DNA of 64,000 nucleotides. Source: Octopus vulgaris. Lineage: Eukaryota. The stretch lies in the NCBI GenBank assembly GCA_951406725.2, contig OX597823.1, positions 10,602,001 through 10,666,000 of the forward strand, in the 5' to 3' direction. A program made the position numbers and the translations under genes. How positions within the stretch are numbered: the stretch's first letter is position 1; each line of letters opens with the position of its first letter. Positions 26,887-40,751 of this stretch are shown one piece after another. The notes under the pieces were generated by a model. It was not told the DNA's origin. It did not search any database and saw only the letters and a program-made list of their open reading frames with translations.

Positions 26887-26890
<4 letters not shown>
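24814..26890 (+). repeat. ~1.1-kb tandem segmental duplication
   Basis: 24814-25790 is repeated at 25913-26890 (offset 1099, compare ORFs at 25048 and 26147); the unit contains a Tc1 end, SINE C and part of SINE A. Confidence 0.92.
25316..25539 (-). mobile_element. SINE family C (Meta-domain-like core, tail 2)
   Basis: GAGGTCGACTTTGCCTTTCAGCCTTTCGGGG core; 17-bp TSD TTGGAATTGTTAATAAT at 25299 and 25540; duplicated at ~26415-26636. Confidence 0.85.
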
Positions 26891-26933
<43 letters not shown>

Positions 26934-26934
<1 letters not shown>

Positions 26935-28248
26935 TAGCAGTATCGCCCGGCGTTGCTCGGGTTGTAAGGGAAATAACTATATAAGCATTTTTAGAGAGTT
27001 ATAGCCAAAAAGTAGCAAAAAAATGCATTAAAAATTGAAAAAAATTAAGGTAAATTTTTCTTTAAATCGTTCACACATCGTAGATATTTTTAGAGAGTTA
27101 CTTCCCTTATATAAAAGCGAAAAAAATGCATTAAAATGGAAAAAATGATGGTAATTTTTTTTTAAATCGTAGACTCATCGTAGACGCGCGCTAATACCCA
27201 GAAGGGCTCGTTTGTTATTCTGGGTAACTTTCTGTAAAATTAACAAAAATTTTGTTCAAACAACGCTATAGAAAATGGGTTATTAGCTAATATTCAATTG
27301 GGTATACAACAAAATTTTACGATAGAATTTGTTATACTGGGTAAAATTATTAAAATTTTGTTCAAACATCGCTATAGAAAATGGGTTATTAGCTAATATT
27401 CAATTGGGTATACAACAATATTTTACGATAGAATTTGTTATTCTGGGTAACTTTCTGTAAAATTATTAAAATTTTGTTCAAACATCGCTATAGAAAATGG
27501 GTTATTAGCTAATATTCAATTGGGTATACAACAAAATTTTACGATAGAATTTGTTATTCTGGGTAACTTTCTGTAAAATTATTAAAATTTTGTTCAAACA
27601 TCGCTATAGAAAATGGGTTATTAGCTAATATTCAATTGGGTATACAACAAAATTTTACAATAGAATTTGTTATTCTGGGTAACTTTCTGATACCCATAAT
27701 AATATTTATGGCAAAATAGGCCTTAATTTCATTTAAGGTTGTGAGAAATAACAAACTATCCTTTCTTTCGGTTTGTTTACGTTTAGCGTAATGATTTCAA
27801 ATAGGCTCATTCGAAAAAGTAAATAGAAATAGTCTAAGGCTTTACTCTTCTGGGAAAGTCTGTGGCTTGGTCCAGTTCTTCAGAAAACTCACTATATATA
27901 TATATCGCTGTCGGATTCACTGTTTTCACTTTAATAGCTGCAAACTTGCAAAGACAAAGGAGGAGAAGGGTGATAGCGTCAGTGAAACAATTCGCTCCCT
28001 TTGTGTGTGTGTGCGTTTGCGTGTGGTGTAAACCAGACTAAGAAAAGCATTTGACACACACACCAGAACGTGAGTTTTCTGTAAATTTTGCTTAATTGGA
28101 GTTTAAATTTTAAAAACTGGAGCTGGCATGACGCGATGCATTGTACTCTTAAAAATGCCAGGTAAATTGTAATTGAAGAAATCCTATATTGTAGATTTGT
28201 ATAACTCCCAAAGGGAGGCAGATAAAATCTGCCTTTTATAATAAGAGA
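26934..28248 (-). mobile_element. non-autonomous Helitron, long chimeric variant (1.3 kb)
   Basis: Same 3' hairpin+CTAG|T end as the short family; different 5' end A|TCTCTTATTATAAAAGGCAGATTTTATCTGCCT. Confidence 0.85.
27211..27688. repeat. ~116-bp tandem repeat (4 units plus a partial fifth) inside the Helitron
   Basis: TTTGTTATTCTGGGTAAC unit starts at 27211, 27328, 27434, 27550 and 27666. Confidence 0.92.
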
Positions 28249-28249
28249 T

Positions 28250-28462
28250 TCTCTTTTTACTCTTTTTTACTTGTTTCAGTCATTTGACTGTGGCCATGCT
28301 GGAGCACCGCCTTTAGTTGAGCAAATCGACCCCAGGACTTATTCTTTGTAAGCCTAGTGCTTATTCTATCGGTCACTTTTGCCGAACCGCTAAGTTACGG
28401 GGACGCAAACATACCAGCATCGGTCGTCAAGCAATGTTGGGCGGACAAACACAGACACACAA

Positions 28463-28535
<73 letters not shown>

Positions 28536-28905
28536 CAAATATGCTACGGGCTTTCAGTTTCCGTCTACCAAATCCACTCAGAAGGCTTTGGTCGGCCCGA
28601 GGCTATAGTAGAAGACACTTGCCCAAGGTTCCACGCAGTGGGACTGAATCCCGGAATCATGTAGTTAGTAAGCAAGCTATTTACCACATAGCCACACACA
28701 CAAACCCCCCCCCACACACACACACACATATATATATACATACAACGGGTTTCTTTCAGTTTCAGTCTACAGAATTTACTCACAAGGCTTTGGTCGGCCC
28801 AAGGCTACAGTAGAAGACACTTGCTCAAGGTGCCACGCAGTGGGACTGAACTTGGAATAATGTAGCTTAGAAGCAAACTTCTTACCACTTAGCCACTCCT
28901 GCGTC
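28250..28905 (-). mobile_element. two adjacent SINE family A copies
   Basis: Family A sequence at 28250-28700 and a head half at 28745-28905. Confidence 0.8.
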
Positions 28906-28989
28906 TTTGCTGTTAAGCCCTGTAAGGTCTTGCAATGCTGACTAAATGCCAGTAAAGTGAGACGCAAAGGCCTTATTACATGCAAATCT

Positions 28990-29700
28990 GTCAGGCCAGA
29001 TGTTAGAAAACGTGGCACCAGCCCGGCAGAAACGTTCGGCATGCCAAGTTCACTGTGTAGAATATTCTCAACTCTCTCACAGAACATGCTAATAGCAAGG
29101 TGATGACCTTACAGGCGGTTGACTATAAATCAAATATATTTCTTTACTACCCACAAGGGGTTAAACATAGAGGGGACAAACAAGGACAGACAAAGGGATT
29201 AAGTCGATTACATCGACCCCAGTGCATAGCTGGTACTTAATTTATCGACCCCGAAAGGATGAAAGGCAAAGTCGACCAAATTCCGCCGAGGTCGACTTTG
29301 CCTTTCATCCTTTCGGGGTCGATAAATTAAGTACCAGTTACACACTGGGGTCGATGTAATCGAATTAACTCCTTTGTCTGTCCTTGTTTGTCCCCTCTAT
29401 GTTTAACCCCTTGTGGGTAGTAAAGAAATATATTTGATTTATAGTCAACCGCCTGTCAGGTCATCACCATATGGTGAACAGAATCGGTGTTTTCTTCGAT
29501 GGTAGCAGGTACAGCATATCTAGACCTTGGAGCATTTTCAAAATTCTCCCTTCCCCTCCTAAATCCAGCCGCCCACTTTGGCACTATTGGTAAAATTGGA
29601 GCGTTAACTCTCTATGTAGCAATCATGAATATCGCTGGGAGCTAAACCGTTTCTCAGCACGCACTTGGTAACACTACGATACCAAATTTGGACCATTTTC
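28990..29700 (-). pseudogene. mariner transposase remnant interrupted by a palindrome
   Basis: VPKWAAGFRRGRENFENAPRS...ATIEENTDSVHHMV..DRRLTINQI [insert] AISMFCERVENILHSELGMPNVSAGLVPRFLT (cf. ILHE.LGM.K.SARWVPR.LT). Confidence 0.8.
29099..29468. repeat. palindrome: inverted SINE C pair plus ~38 bp of inverted flank
   Basis: 29099-29277 is nearly the reverse complement of 29289-29468. Confidence 0.92.
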
Positions 29701-29803
29701 AAGACAAGTCACTTAGTTACTTTTGAAATCTTCTTTGAAATCAGATGTCAGTTTACCTGAAATAAACATTGCCTTTATATGTAAGCATGGAAAAGTAAAC
29801 AAT

Positions 29804-29976
29804 GACGCAGGAGTGGCTATGTGGTAAGTAGCTTGCTTACCAACCACATGGCTCCGGGTTCAGTCCCACTGCGTGGCATCTTGGGCAAGTGTCTTCTGCT
29901 ATAGCCCCGGGCTGACCAATGCCTTGTAAGTGGATTTGGTAGACGGAAACTGAAAGAAGCCTGTCGTATATATGTA

Positions 29977-30043
<67 letters not shown>

Positions 30044-30260
30044 TTGTGTGTGTGTGTTTGTCCCCCTAGCATTGCCTGACAACTGATGCTGGTGTGTTTA
30101 CGTCTCCGTCACTTAGCGGTTCGGCAAAAGAGAACCGATAGAATAAGTACTGGGCTTACAAAGAATAAGTCCTGGGGTCGATTTGCTCGACTAAAGGCGA
30201 TGCTCCAGCATAGCCGCAGTCAAATGACTGAAACAAGTAAAAGAGTAAAAGAGTAAAAGA
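29804..30260 (+). mobile_element. SINE family A
   Basis: Full head to (GAGTAAAA)n tail. Confidence 0.9.
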
Positions 30261-30565
30261 GTTGAAATTCATGCACACAAGAAGTCACAGCTCCAGTATC
30301 ACTCTGTCATATTCAGCCTATGAACTTTTCAGCCCACAAATACTTTTTTACTTGTTTCAGTCATTTGACTGCGGCCATGCTGGAGCCCACTTTTTGTCGA
30401 GCAGATCGACCCCAGGACTTATTCTCTGTAAGTCTAGTACTTATTCTATCCGTTTCTTTTACCGAACTGCTAGGTTACGGGAACGTGAACACACCACCAT
30501 CAGTTGTCAAGCGATGTTGGGAGGGGGGAACAAACACAAACACACAAACATACACACACACATAC

Positions 30566-30631
<66 letters not shown>

Positions 30632-30791
30632 GGCTGGCCAGATCGGAGCAATCTCAAGATTAATCAGCCGAAATTGCGAAGATGATCCGGTTCTTGACTG
30701 AAGATTGAAGGCTTCGAATGTCCCGTCCGTGTATTGTCTTCTAAATGTTTCACGCTCTTGTCCCAGTTTGTATTTTTTTTACATTTACACA

Positions 30792-30851
<60 letters not shown>

Positions 30852-31624
30852 GGGCTTCTTTCAGTTTCCGTCTACCAAATCCGCTCACAAGGCTTTGGTC
30901 GGCTCGAGGCTATAGTAGAAGACACTTGCCCAAGGTGCCATGCTCGACTAAAGGCGGTGCTTCAGCATGGCCATAGTCAAATTACTGAAACAAGTAAAAG
31001 AGTAAAAGAATGAAGGCACTTTCTAGGAACATTCTGGTTGTCTTGACTGCAGCATACTCCAGCACTAAGATCGTTTGAGGCGAAATGAAAATTGGATAAC
31101 TAAATATTATATAAGTAAATGATCATAATTGAAAATTGATAATTCAATATCATTGATTTACCTGAATTATAGTTCTCTGTAGTATGATTTGTAGGCGGAG
31201 TTTGAATATATATATAGGTCCCTAAATTAGGCATAATTTTGATAACTCCAGGTGTTCGATTATTTAAATTTCATCGGACTTACAAGACTAACAGCAGATA
31301 CAATGATCGCTAACGAACGTATGTATTGATACGGATTATCACTCATTCATCACAGGTAAAGTTATCCTTTCGTCTCAAAGGAAAATTAAACAGAGTTCAG
31401 GAAAAAAACCGAGAAAATATCTGAAGTATTATGTGTTTGCTAATCTTTTTGAAGTAGTGCATTGGAAGGGAGCAGTGCATTTATTTTTGGTGGATCAAGT
31501 AGAGATCGCCATATTTATACGGAAATTTACTTGGTTCGCCTTTTCACAGGCCTATCCATCAGGTAAACCATTCTTCTTGTAGCTATGTTTGCCATCCTCT
31601 TTTCAGGACAAAAATTAAGCATAT

Positions 31625-31839
31625 ACTCTTTTACTCTTTTACTCTTTTACTTGTTTCAGTCGTTTGACTGCGGCCATGCTGCAGCACCGCCTTTAGTCGA
31701 GCAAATCGACCCCGGGACTTATTCTTTGTAAGCCCACTACTTATTCTATCGGTCTCTTTTGACGAACCGCTAAGTGACGGGGACGTAAACACACCAGCAT
31801 CGGTTGTCAAGCAATGCTAGGGGGACAAACACAGACACA

Positions 31840-31875
<36 letters not shown>

Positions 31876-32069
31876 TATATATATATATATATATACACAT
31901 ATATACGACAGACTTCTTTCAGTTTCCGTCTACCAAATCCACTCACAAGGCATTGGTCGGCCCGAGGCTATAGCAGAAGACACTTACCCAAGCTGCCACG
32001 CAGTGGGACTGAACCCGGAACCATGTGGTTGGTAAGCAAGCTACTTACCACATAGCCACTCCTGCGCCT
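31625..32069 (-). mobile_element. SINE family A
   Basis: Full-length reverse copy. Confidence 0.9.
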
Positions 32070-32921
32070 TCATATGGTTACAATTTTATTAAAAAAAAAA
32101 ATCTCGTGCACATAATTGACCCTTGTAATACCTTATTTAAGAGTCGTCTCCCGTAAATATTGAAAACTAAACTAAAATCACCCGGTGATTAATCCTTTTT
32201 TTTTTTTTTTCCTGGCCACATATCTATTTCCAGTCAGTGTTTTAATCCCCGCTACATTAAAGATGATAACACTAAGTGAACTGTTTTATTTATAGATTCA
32301 ATTAATTAATGAGAGAAATCATGCGGAGTTTTTCTAATTAGTTTTATACTACCCACACCTTTAAATATGGTAAAGCAATAGCCTGATTAATAATGTTTAT
32401 TGACACAGGATGGATGAAAGGTATGTAGGACTCAGTAGGTTTTGAAATCAGAACGTTCGTGGATGTAAGTAAATGCTGGTGCCCTACAGATTCCAAAATG
32501 CAATACCCACTTCATGGAAATAAATAAATATCCTTTCTCGCAGGGCCTCTCATCCCAAACCGCCACCTTCACTTCTTTCCTCTTTGTGTAACTTAATCAG
32601 AGGAAGAAAAACCCAGCACTCGTGACCTTCCGCATAGCCTCTAACATGTTATAAGGAAGGGAGGATGGATATGAGGAAGGTAAGTGCGAAGTTATTCTTA
32701 TGCTAGAAAGTAAAAGCGAAGGGGATTCCTTTACAGACAGACAGGGTTAGGTGGTAGTTCTAAATCTAGCGGCAGATTAAAATTGTCCTCGATTTGGGAA
32801 ATTCAAAGAATATGTTTTAAGAGAAGATCCGATATGATCTTATTTATTTCTCAGATAATATTAATGACAGCCAAGCAAACTTCACCCCATTAGTTCATAT
32901 TTGGAATGTATAAACGTACGA

Positions 32922-33403
<482 letters not shown>

Positions 33404-33994
33404 CAGGGAGGGTAAAAAAAATGACCTTTCTTTTCGAAGCTTAAGAAAACTGGGATAATCTTTCTCAGATTACCTTACCAGATTGTACGTTTATTACAAT
33501 TCCAAAAATATCTTATTACATTACTCAACACGATTCTGGCCGTCATGGATTCCGTGAGAACATTTGCATACAGTCAGATATTTAAGCGGTCATGTGAGAA
33601 CGGAATAAAAATGGAGTTGGCCTATCCAGTTTTACTTTTTCTTTTCTATTCTTTTTTTTTTTTTAACTTTTTCCCCAGTTTGCCATAAAAATCTTCTCAT
33701 AGATTTCGATAATATTTTAAAGTGTTATTGCTAAAATACACACTGACAAAACTCACATATATACACTCAGAAGCACTTACACACATAAATACACACACAC
33801 ACACGTGCACAATCTTTATATACGTATACACATTTACATTATACACATATAAATATACGTAGATGAAAAGAACTACTCGGCTATTCCAACCAGTGCTACG
33901 TAAACTAACCAATATATACATTCGCGTACAAATAAAACTAGTGTATTTGCATTTTATTGGACCATATATATATATATATATATGCATGTGTGTA

Positions 33995-34067
<73 letters not shown>

Positions 34068-34627
34068 TTTCTGATAACAATAAATAAATATATATATATA
34101 TATAATATCAATATATATATATCTACGCAGAAATCACCCGTTAATTTTATGTTAGAATAATTTGAAAAAAGGCAGTGTGGTGTAAAAATCGCTTAGAAAC
34201 AAACAAAATCAGACTATACAGTTCCCCCACCAGCAAACGGTTAGAGTTAGAATAGGTAGGAAGAGTATGAGGTGGAGTGATGAAAAATGAGAGAGGGAGA
34301 TAGAAGGTGGGGGGAGAGAGAGAGATAGAGAGGGGAAGAGACAATGAGAATGGAAGAGGAAGTGATAGAGAGAAAAATAGTTTTGTTCAAATCTAGTTAA
34401 TGGGATTTGAAACTGGAAATTCAATAGCTGTTTACTGAGAAGCAGAATGAACGTTAGCTTAACCATTTTACATGCAACTGCAAGAATGGAGAACCAAGAT
34501 TTTTCAATATTTCTGTAGAATGGTGATGTTTATATGTTTATTCCCTAATGTATACTCTTCAGTATGCGTGTGCATATATATAATGCACGTTATATAACAC
34601 ACACACACACACTCACACACACATATA

Positions 34628-35025
34628 TATATACATATAAAAGTGAGGTTGTGTGCTGTCTGTCTCCTACGATTTAGATTCATAACTACTCTCACATTTT
34701 GCGGTGCAGTTTAACCAAAACCGGGTATCTTATAGTCGTGATTCATATCGAGCTCTTCTGGGTATTAGCGCGCGTCTACGATGATTCTACGATTAAAAAA
34801 AAAATTACCATCAATTTTTCTCATTTTTAATGCATTTTTGGCATATATAAGGGAAGTAACTCTCTAAAAATTTATTATTAAATCTTAGAGCGTAAAAAGC
34901 TACAGTAACACCCGCCCCCCTTTGTGGTTAGCCATATTGAGATGGCTATTATACTTTACATCTCTAAAAATGCTTATATAGTTATTTCCCTTACAAATCC
35001 GAGCAACGCCGGACGATACTGCTAG
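34628..35025 (+). mobile_element. non-autonomous Helitron
   Basis: ...TATAAAAGTGAGG...TCCGAGCAACGCCGGA-CGATACTG-CTAG|T; the 5' TC is eroded into a microsatellite. Confidence 0.88.
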
Positions 35026-35041
35026 TATATATATTATACAA

Positions 35042-35271
35042 GGCGGCGAGCTGGCAGAAACGTTAGCACGCCGGGCAAAATGCGTGGCCGTATTTCGTCT
35101 GCCGTTACGTTCTGAGTTCAAATTCCGCCGAGGTCGACTTTGCCTTTCATCCTTTCGGGGTCGATAAATTAAGTACCAGTTGCGCACTGGTGTCGATGTA
35201 ATCGACTTAATCCGTTTGTCTGTCCTTGTTTGTCCCCTCTGTGTTTAGCCCCTTGTGGGTAGTAAAGAAAT
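35042..35271 (+). mobile_element. SINE family C, tail 1
   Basis: Head GGCGGCGAGCTGGCAGAAACG, B-box GAGTTCAAATT, Meta-like core GGTCGACTTTGCCTTTCATCCTTTCGGGGTCGATAAATTAAGTACCAG, tail GTAGTAAAGAAATA; copies at 40066-40298 (-) and 46852-47076 (-). Confidence 0.88.
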
Positions 35272-35658
35272 ATATATATATATCATACTGAGAGAGAGAG
35301 GTGGAATGATATTTACAAATACTTATTTACAGATAAATGCATCCACACACAATCATATGTCTCAAATTCCTCTGTGCAAGCGTATGAGAGTGTGTGTATA
35401 TGTGTGTATATGTGTGTATCGGTAAATGCATGATGTGACTATGGTGAAACCAAACGTGATATCTTACAAGAAACTGAGTTTTTTTTTCCTTTTTATATTC
35501 TCAAGCTTATATTTTATCTTAATTCAACATCATACAGGCACGCGCACGTGCACGTGTGTACCAATCGGTTTTTTTATTCCATCTCCAACCCACCCTTTTA
35601 CTCTTAATTTGGAATTTCCATTATAAGAGTAAGTCCACTTTAAAGGGTATATATATAT

Positions 35659-35690
<32 letters not shown>

Positions 35691-35692
35691 TT

Positions 35693-35797
35693 ATTATATA
35701 GAAGGAGCTTCTACAGGACTAGTACTGTTTCATAAGAGAAATCTATATTTCTCTTGAATAAACAGTACTAGTCCTGTAGAAGCTCCTTCTATATAAT
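35693..35797. repeat. ~105-bp palindrome in (TA)n
   Basis: ATTATATAGAAGGAGCTTCTACAGGACTAGTACTGTTT / AAACAGTACTAGTCCTGTAGAAGCTCCTTCTATATAAT. Confidence 0.9.
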
Positions 35798-35833
35798 ATA
35801 ATTTTACTTGCTATATATATACATGGTTAACCC

Positions 35834-35872
<39 letters not shown>

Positions 35873-35877
35873 TATAC

Positions 35878-35981
<104 letters not shown>

Positions 35982-35989
35982 ATATATTA

Positions 35990-36272
35990 TCAACAGAGGA
36001 GTCCAGTGTAGTCCATAGGTAGGAGAGGTGCAGCTGAAGTGTAGAAAGTCCAGTAGAAGTTCGTGGTTGATGAGAGGAGACAGGATCAACTGGTGCGACC
36101 ACACGAGCGTGCAATATATGGGGACAGTTTACAAAAACCCAAAAGACGAAGACAAATGGTGTAGACAACGAACAGACGTATTAGTATAACGCTTGGGAAG
36201 TTAAAAAGTTTTTAACGTTTCGAGCGTACGCTCTTCAGCAGAAAGGAACACCAGAGAGAAAAAAGGAGAGAA
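35990..36272 (-). mobile_element. Penelope-like terminal repeat fragment
   Basis: Homologous to 4345-4520; bounded by (TA)n. Confidence 0.75.
36210..36246 (-). ncRNA. minimal hammerhead-like motif (non-canonical core)
   Basis: TTT-CTGCTGA-A-GAGC gtac GCTC-GAAA-CG-TT-AAA on the minus strand. Confidence 0.6.
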
Positions 36273-37073
36273 TATATATATAAAATCCAAACCCCGCCTG
36301 ACCCCCCCACACACACACTAAATAAACATAGACGTACATAGAGATATAAGCATGCGCAAATAAGAAACCCCGCCTGACCATAGAGTTGGGTTTTGGCTCT
36401 ACTGGAGACTTTCACACATCGATCGGAATATATAAATATTGTCTGTCTGTCACACCCTTTATTGGTTTCAACTTTTGGCAAAAGGCCAACAATTTTTGGG
36501 TGGAGTGGGTAAGTCAACCACATCCATCTTAATGTTTAACTCGTACTTCTTTTATCGACCCTGAAAGGATGAAAAGCGAAGTCGACCACGGTGGAATTTG
36601 AAATCTGAACTTAAAGAACGGAATGCCGCTTAGCAGTTTACCTGGTCTGATAACGGTTCTGCCCGCTCGTCGCCTTTGTAAAACCCTATATTAAGTAATA
36701 ACAAGATAATACCTACACACACGCGTGCGCGCGCACACACGCACATACGTGATGGTCAAATGGCCTCTGCTCGTTGGAGTTAGCTAGTTTCGAACTTCAC
36801 TCAGGTACCACGAGGCACTTATCACTCCACTGCACCGTCATCTCTATTGCATTTAACATCAATTTCTCCACATTAACCGCTATGCAGAATCCTTCCCCAC
36901 CCAGCCTCAGAGCATCTTCCTGGAAACTAATAATGTCTTTCTTGCAGGTGTTAACCTGCCATAGTTTGACCGGCATGAATCCCGTCATTCTGAGAAGACT
37001 TGCAAGATTCATGAACTTCACCATTCTTCTGGGATTAAAAAGAAACAGACAGCATATTTCCTACGAAATAAAG

Positions 37074-37461
<388 letters not shown>

Positions 37462-37523
37462 TTCGGAATGGTCATTTTGCCAGTTTAGTCAATAAAAACA
37501 CACGCACTATATATTTGGTGTTG

Positions 37524-37970
37524 ACATAAGAACTGTTCAGAGATGGCTCCAAAGATTTCGTTCAGGAAATGAATGCCTTAAAAATGAACCAAGAGGGAGA
37601 CCAAAATCAGTTATTCAGCATGAACTGAATACTTTGGTTAAACGAAATCCGAGAACAACGGTCCGAAAAAATCAAATCAGACCTCCAGACATCTCCTACG
37701 ACTGCTTCTCAGCACTTGAAGAAAATTGGAAAAATAAAAAAGATGGATACCTGTGTTCCCCATCAACTTAATGAGGTTCAAAGAAACAAACGTCTTACAG
37801 TGGGTTCCATGTTGATTTTTCTGTTGGAAAGAGAACCATTTTTTTATCGACTCATTACGTGTGATGAGAAATGGATACTCTTTGATAACAGCAGGAGGAC
37901 AGGACAGTGGTTAAATGCAGGCGAGTCACCAAAACACTACCCAAAACCTCCATTGTACCCTAAAAATTTT
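37524..37970 (+). pseudogene. mariner (DD34D-type) transposase remnant
   Basis: RTVQRWLQRFRSGNECLKNEPRGRPK...KKMDTCVPHQL...FFYRLITCDEKWILFDNSRRTGQWL. Confidence 0.88.
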
Positions 37971-38096
37971 ACGGCACCTTGCTTGTTAATTACAGTGTTT
38001 CTCGTAGGACTGTCAGTTGTCTAAATATTTCAGTTATTAGCCAGAAACTGCATCGGTGAAAGATTTAATTTTTGCGTTGATTTATGAATTTTGTTA

Positions 38097-38488
38097 TTGG
38101 CAGAATCGTTAGCACACCGGAGAAAATGCTTAACGGTTTTTGTTCTGCCGCTACGTTCTGAGTTCAAATTCCGCCGAGGTCGACTTTGCCTTTCATCCTT
38201 TCGGGGTCGATTAAATAAGTACCAGTTACGCACTGGGGTCGAAGTAATCGACTTAATCCGTTTGTCTGTCCTTGTTTGTCCTCTCTGTGTTTAGCCCCTT
38301 GTGGGTAGTAAAGAAATAGGTATTTCGTTCGTTTTTACGTTGTGAGTTGAAATTCCACCGAGGTCAATTTTTCCTTTCATTCTTTTGGGGGTTGATGAAA
38401 CTAGTACCAGTAAAATACGGGAGTCAATATAAACTACAAGACTCCACCACCCAAGTTTCAGCTTCTGTGCCTATAGTAGAAAATATGA
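38097..38488 (+). mobile_element. composite SINE family C (core-tail1 + core-tail2)
   Basis: Tail 1 GTAAAGAAATA is joined directly to GGTATTTCG and a second, degenerate core ending GTGCCTATAGTAGAAA. Confidence 0.75.
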
Positions 38489-38580
38489 TTGCTTTAACAA
38501 TGACTACCAGAACAGCAATTATGAATAAATGCCTAAACATGAAGAAAATTATGAATATTTTGATAATGGTGATGGTAATA

Positions 38581-39075
38581 TAGTATTCCTTCAACTATCG
38601 CGGGTGTTACGTTCCAAAACCTTCCACGATAGGTGAAAATCTGCGAAGTAGAAACAGTACTGTACTGTATATATTTTTTATCATTTTTATAATTTGTATA
38701 TATTTATTTTATTATAAATCCAAAACAATACCACACACTCGCCTCCCTGGTTTCGCTTTCTATTACAGTATGCGCGATTTTCTGTTTACTCAACTAAGGT
38801 ACACTACGTATTTTCTTTTAATATATTTTAATTAATATGTTATACAGTGCAGTACTGTACTCTATTTATATTTATTTATTTACTAATTTTTCGGCGTGAA
38901 AATGCATAGTATACCACAGAAATAATTAAAATTTAAAAAATATCAATAACTATCTGCCGCAGAAACTCGCGATATACTGAGGAGTCCGCGATATAAATTT
39001 ACATATATTAGCCAGAAAAATACGCGATGTACTGTGTGCGTGATAGGTGACCCGCGATGTGGCGAAGGATTACTG
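38581..39075. mobile_element. Tigger/pogo-like MITE
   Basis: TA|TAGTATTCCTTCAACTATCGCGGG ... CCCGCGATGTGGCGAAGGATTACTG|TA: imperfect TIRs, TA TSD, repeated CCGCGA motifs. Confidence 0.75.
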
Positions 39076-40751
39076 TAATGAATATGATATGTGTTTTTGT
39101 TTCACCTCAGATGGTGCAGGTCGTCTGTACTTATTATCCACTGTACCTTCCTTCCTTTTGTTAGTGTTTTTGTCGTTTTTATGTAACTGCAGTGACAATT
39201 TTTGCCATGACCGTTCATTTATAATATCTGGCCACAATAAATGATTTGTTCATGCTATTCAGTTTATTCCTATTAAACCTCTTTACTGGTTTTTAGAATT
39301 GTTTCTAAAAAGGCACAAAGTCTGAAATGTGGGAGATTTAGTCGATTATATCGACCTCAGTGTCAGAATGGTACTTTATTTTCTCGAGTACAAAACAATG
39401 AAATGCATGTTGACCGCAATGAAATTTGAAATCAGAGTGTAAACGGCAGGAACATATATTCTGAAGCATTTGTTTTCAACGCGCTAACAATTCTGCCCAT
39501 CCAATTGTCACAAATTCAAGTCTTTCATTGAAGTGTTGGCGCCTGGATAACAGACCATATTTTCTGGTTTATAACCGAAGTGCTTAAATACACTGACTGT
39601 TCCAAGCAGGAACAAATTTTCCGCTAGGTTTGCTGTAGATTATTTTATAGGCTGAAAACGAATTTCGTTCCTTTGTCTTCGTTGGTAGCCATTGACAGTA
39701 CAAAAGCCAAAGTTCAATAATGATGTTTATATTCAAGACATTGAACCCACATCATGAGGATGGTGGCTACGATAGCGAAGAGGGTGAAGGTGATGATGGT
39801 GATGGTTGATTTGGTAGAGGGTAATGGTTGTAGCGGTTAGCGGTGGCGGTAGGGTGGTGGTACTACTCATGATTATGAAGATTATGGCAGGAACTTTGAT
39901 GAATAAGTAACTAATTATGAAGAAAATAATGGACATTTTATTAATAGTTATAATGATCATAAACGTAATTCTTGTCTTGGTTTTGCGTCTGCTTTCTTTG
40001 AAGTCATTTAAGGCTTTAGTAGTGAAAATAAATAGTACTTTTCTAAAACTGAAGAATAATAATATATATTTCTTTACTACCCACAAGGGGCTAAACACAG
40101 AGGGGACAAACAAGGACAGATAAACGGATTAAGTCGATTACATCGATCCCAGTGCGTAACTGGTACTTAATTTATCGACCCCGGAAGGATGAAAGGCAAA
40201 GTCGACCTCGGCGGAATTTGAACTCAGAACGTAGCGGCAGACGAAATACGGCTAGGCATTTCGCCCGGCGTGCTAACGTTTCTGCTAGCTCGCCGCCTTT
40301 CATAATACAGCAAACCGAAATTATAGACAGAGTTCCACCTGATTCTATGGAAGAAAACTGATGGCATATTATTTTATATCAAGAATCTTTTCTACTCTAG
40401 GCACAAGGGCCTAAATTTTGGCGGATGATGGTAGGGCAGTGGATTAGATCGATCCCAGTACGCAACTGGTAATTAATTTATCGAACCTGGATGGATGAAA
40501 GGCAAAGGCAAAGTCGTCTTTTCGGGGACGGCAAAATAAGTACCAGTTGAGAGCTAGGGTCGATGCAATCAACTAGCCCTCCACCAAAATTTAAAACAGT
40601 TATCATTGTTATGACTTTCAACAATGAAATGCGTAGGAGTGGCTGTGTGGTAAGTAGCTTGCTTACCAAGCGGACGTGTTTTTTTTGCTCCTGCAAATGT
40701 CACGTTTTAACGTGAATTATTGAACATTTTACGACGACGGGTGGAGCGTTC

